A program made the position numbers and the translations under genes. Shown one piece after another: positions 62,640 to 64,000 of a stretch of DNA of 64,000 bases; positions within the stretch are counted from its first letter, which is position 1; every line of letters begins with the position of its first letter. The DNA is from Monocercomonoides exilis PA203 (Eukaryota; Protista; Preaxostyla). The DNA is taken from contig LSRY02000003.1 of NCBI GenBank assembly GCA_001643675.2, positions 1,116,001 through 1,180,000 of the forward strand, written 5' to 3'. The notes under the pieces were generated by a model, which saw only the letters and a list, made by a program, of their open reading frames with translations, was not told the DNA's origin and did no database searches.

Positions 62640-64000
62640 TGAAATGTGAAGTCAACATGAATTACAAAGTGACTAAAACGCATATCAAACAATCGGTTTG
62701 TTATTTGCTTTGTTTGAGACATTTTTTATCAACTCTTGTTTTTTATGAAGGACTATTGGAGATCATTGCTTTAGGAAGGAATGCAGGAGTTATGATATTG
62801 GCGAATAAAAGTAAATTGATGGAACTGCTTCATTGATAAGCAAAGTCGGAGATGCGCTATGGTTTGCGTTGGAAGATCGGGAACATATTACCATTGGAGA
62901 TGGTTCATAAACTGGATGAGTTTGTGAGAATGAGAATAATGGTGGAAAAGAGCGAGCTGTTCAAATGAGGGGGTTTTCGGAGACCCAGTGTGACTTTGTA
63001 AAGCGGGTTTGACCGGATGGCGAAGAAATTAATGCTGCAGGTGAAGTATGGAACTCATCAAAATGGTTCAATCAATCGCCATGCGAAGTCGCTGAATATC
63101 CTGGGGAATTGCACGTGATGGATGGTGGGAGTGAGATCGAGAAAGAGGAGGTTGGGGAGCGATGAATGTTGAAAAGACAAAGAATTCTGAGAATGTGGAA
63201 GTGTGGGAGCAGGCATTGCTTGTGCTGAGCAAATTGATATGAAACAAACAGCTGTTTTAGAAAAGAAGGAGTTTGAAAAGATGAGTATTGTTGTTGTGAT
63301 GATTGTCTACTGTGAGTTTGTAACTGAAATAAGCAAGGAAGGAATTGGATCTTTTGTGTCTGATGTGTGGGTTGGGAGCGTGAAAGGCGGAGAGATGCAT
63401 GTGGAGCGTGTGACAGAAAGAGGGATTGAGTTTTGTGGAGGAGAGATATAAAGTGTGGAGGGAGGAAGATCGGAGCTGGAGATTATCACAGTGGAGAATG
63501 TGAAGAAAGATGGAGAAGGTGTGATTTTTGGGGAGAAGGGATTAGAGATGAAAATGAGTGGGATCACGATAGAACGATGCGAGACGGAGACGGTGAACGG
63601 GATTAGTGCGAAGCGAGGGAAGAGATGCAGAGTAATAAACAATTCGATATTTTCAGTGTGCATATGTGAAGATGGGAATGGAGGAGCGTAAAAGTGTGAG
63701 GTGGCAGAATGCGAGGTTGTTGTAGTAGAGAACAGCACATTTGAGGGATGCGAGGCAAGGGGGAGTGAATGAAAAAGAGGAGGGATGTGTGTGAGTGTTG
63801 TTGGGGAGATCAAGGCAGATAACTTTGGAGAGAAATTGTGCGGGTTTGAGCGAAACAATGCATGGAAGGGGAAGAATGTGTATCTGGAATGTGTTTGTCT
63901 AAATGGGAGTGTTAATAATGAGACACTTGTGTTTCAATTTGACGAAATGGTGAAAGATTGCAATCTGTTTGTTGGGAGAGAAAGGATTCACAATTTCATT
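62640..64000 (+). pseudogene. Fragmented surface-protein family member, runs off the window
   Basis: CEDGNGGA*..ENSTFEGC..FERNNAWKGKNVYLEC..NGSVNNETLVFQFDEMVKDCNLFVG matches FENNNATFGKNMFI..NSSVTNESFAFNYSSMKDDDNLFVG in the 22212-31312 protein; multiple stops. Confidence 0.8.

Overview
AT-rich eukaryotic (protist) DNA with short GT-AG introns and the standard genetic code. The intron style and the expanded family of giant surface/receptor genes resemble an oxymonad such as Monocercomonoides (inference, not verified). Host genes are a spliced PTEN-like phosphatase (start of window, - strand), a ~3,030-codon surface protein with a transmembrane helix and a C-terminal kinase-like lobe (22.2-31.3 kb, one frameshift), an 8-exon coiled-coil gene (40.2-43.8 kb), a decaying USP deubiquitinase and about six pseudogene fragments of the surface-protein family. 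The block at 2.0-13.6 kb is almost entirely nested mobile DNA. It begins with a Merlin (IS1595-like) transposon inserted inside another Merlin. Next is a ~0.5-kb Merlin-type MITE (8-bp TSD) split by two larger insertions. The first is a 5.3-kb element with ~1.3-kb near-identical TIRs, AG...CT ends, an AEP primase-polymerase/SF3 helicase gene and a small TIR-encoded protein, but no integrase, pPolB or capsid; this is the best candidate for an undescribed linear-plasmid/Polinton-satellite-like system. The second is a 2.7-kb Merlin-type 'Pack' element (346-bp TIRs, 8-bp TSD) carrying a fragment of the host surface-protein family. Also present are a second Merlin-A copy (32.7-34.2 kb), foldback elements and an intron-containing Sola-like transposase with 33-nt minisatellites. 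All alignments were done by eye; no database searches were run.
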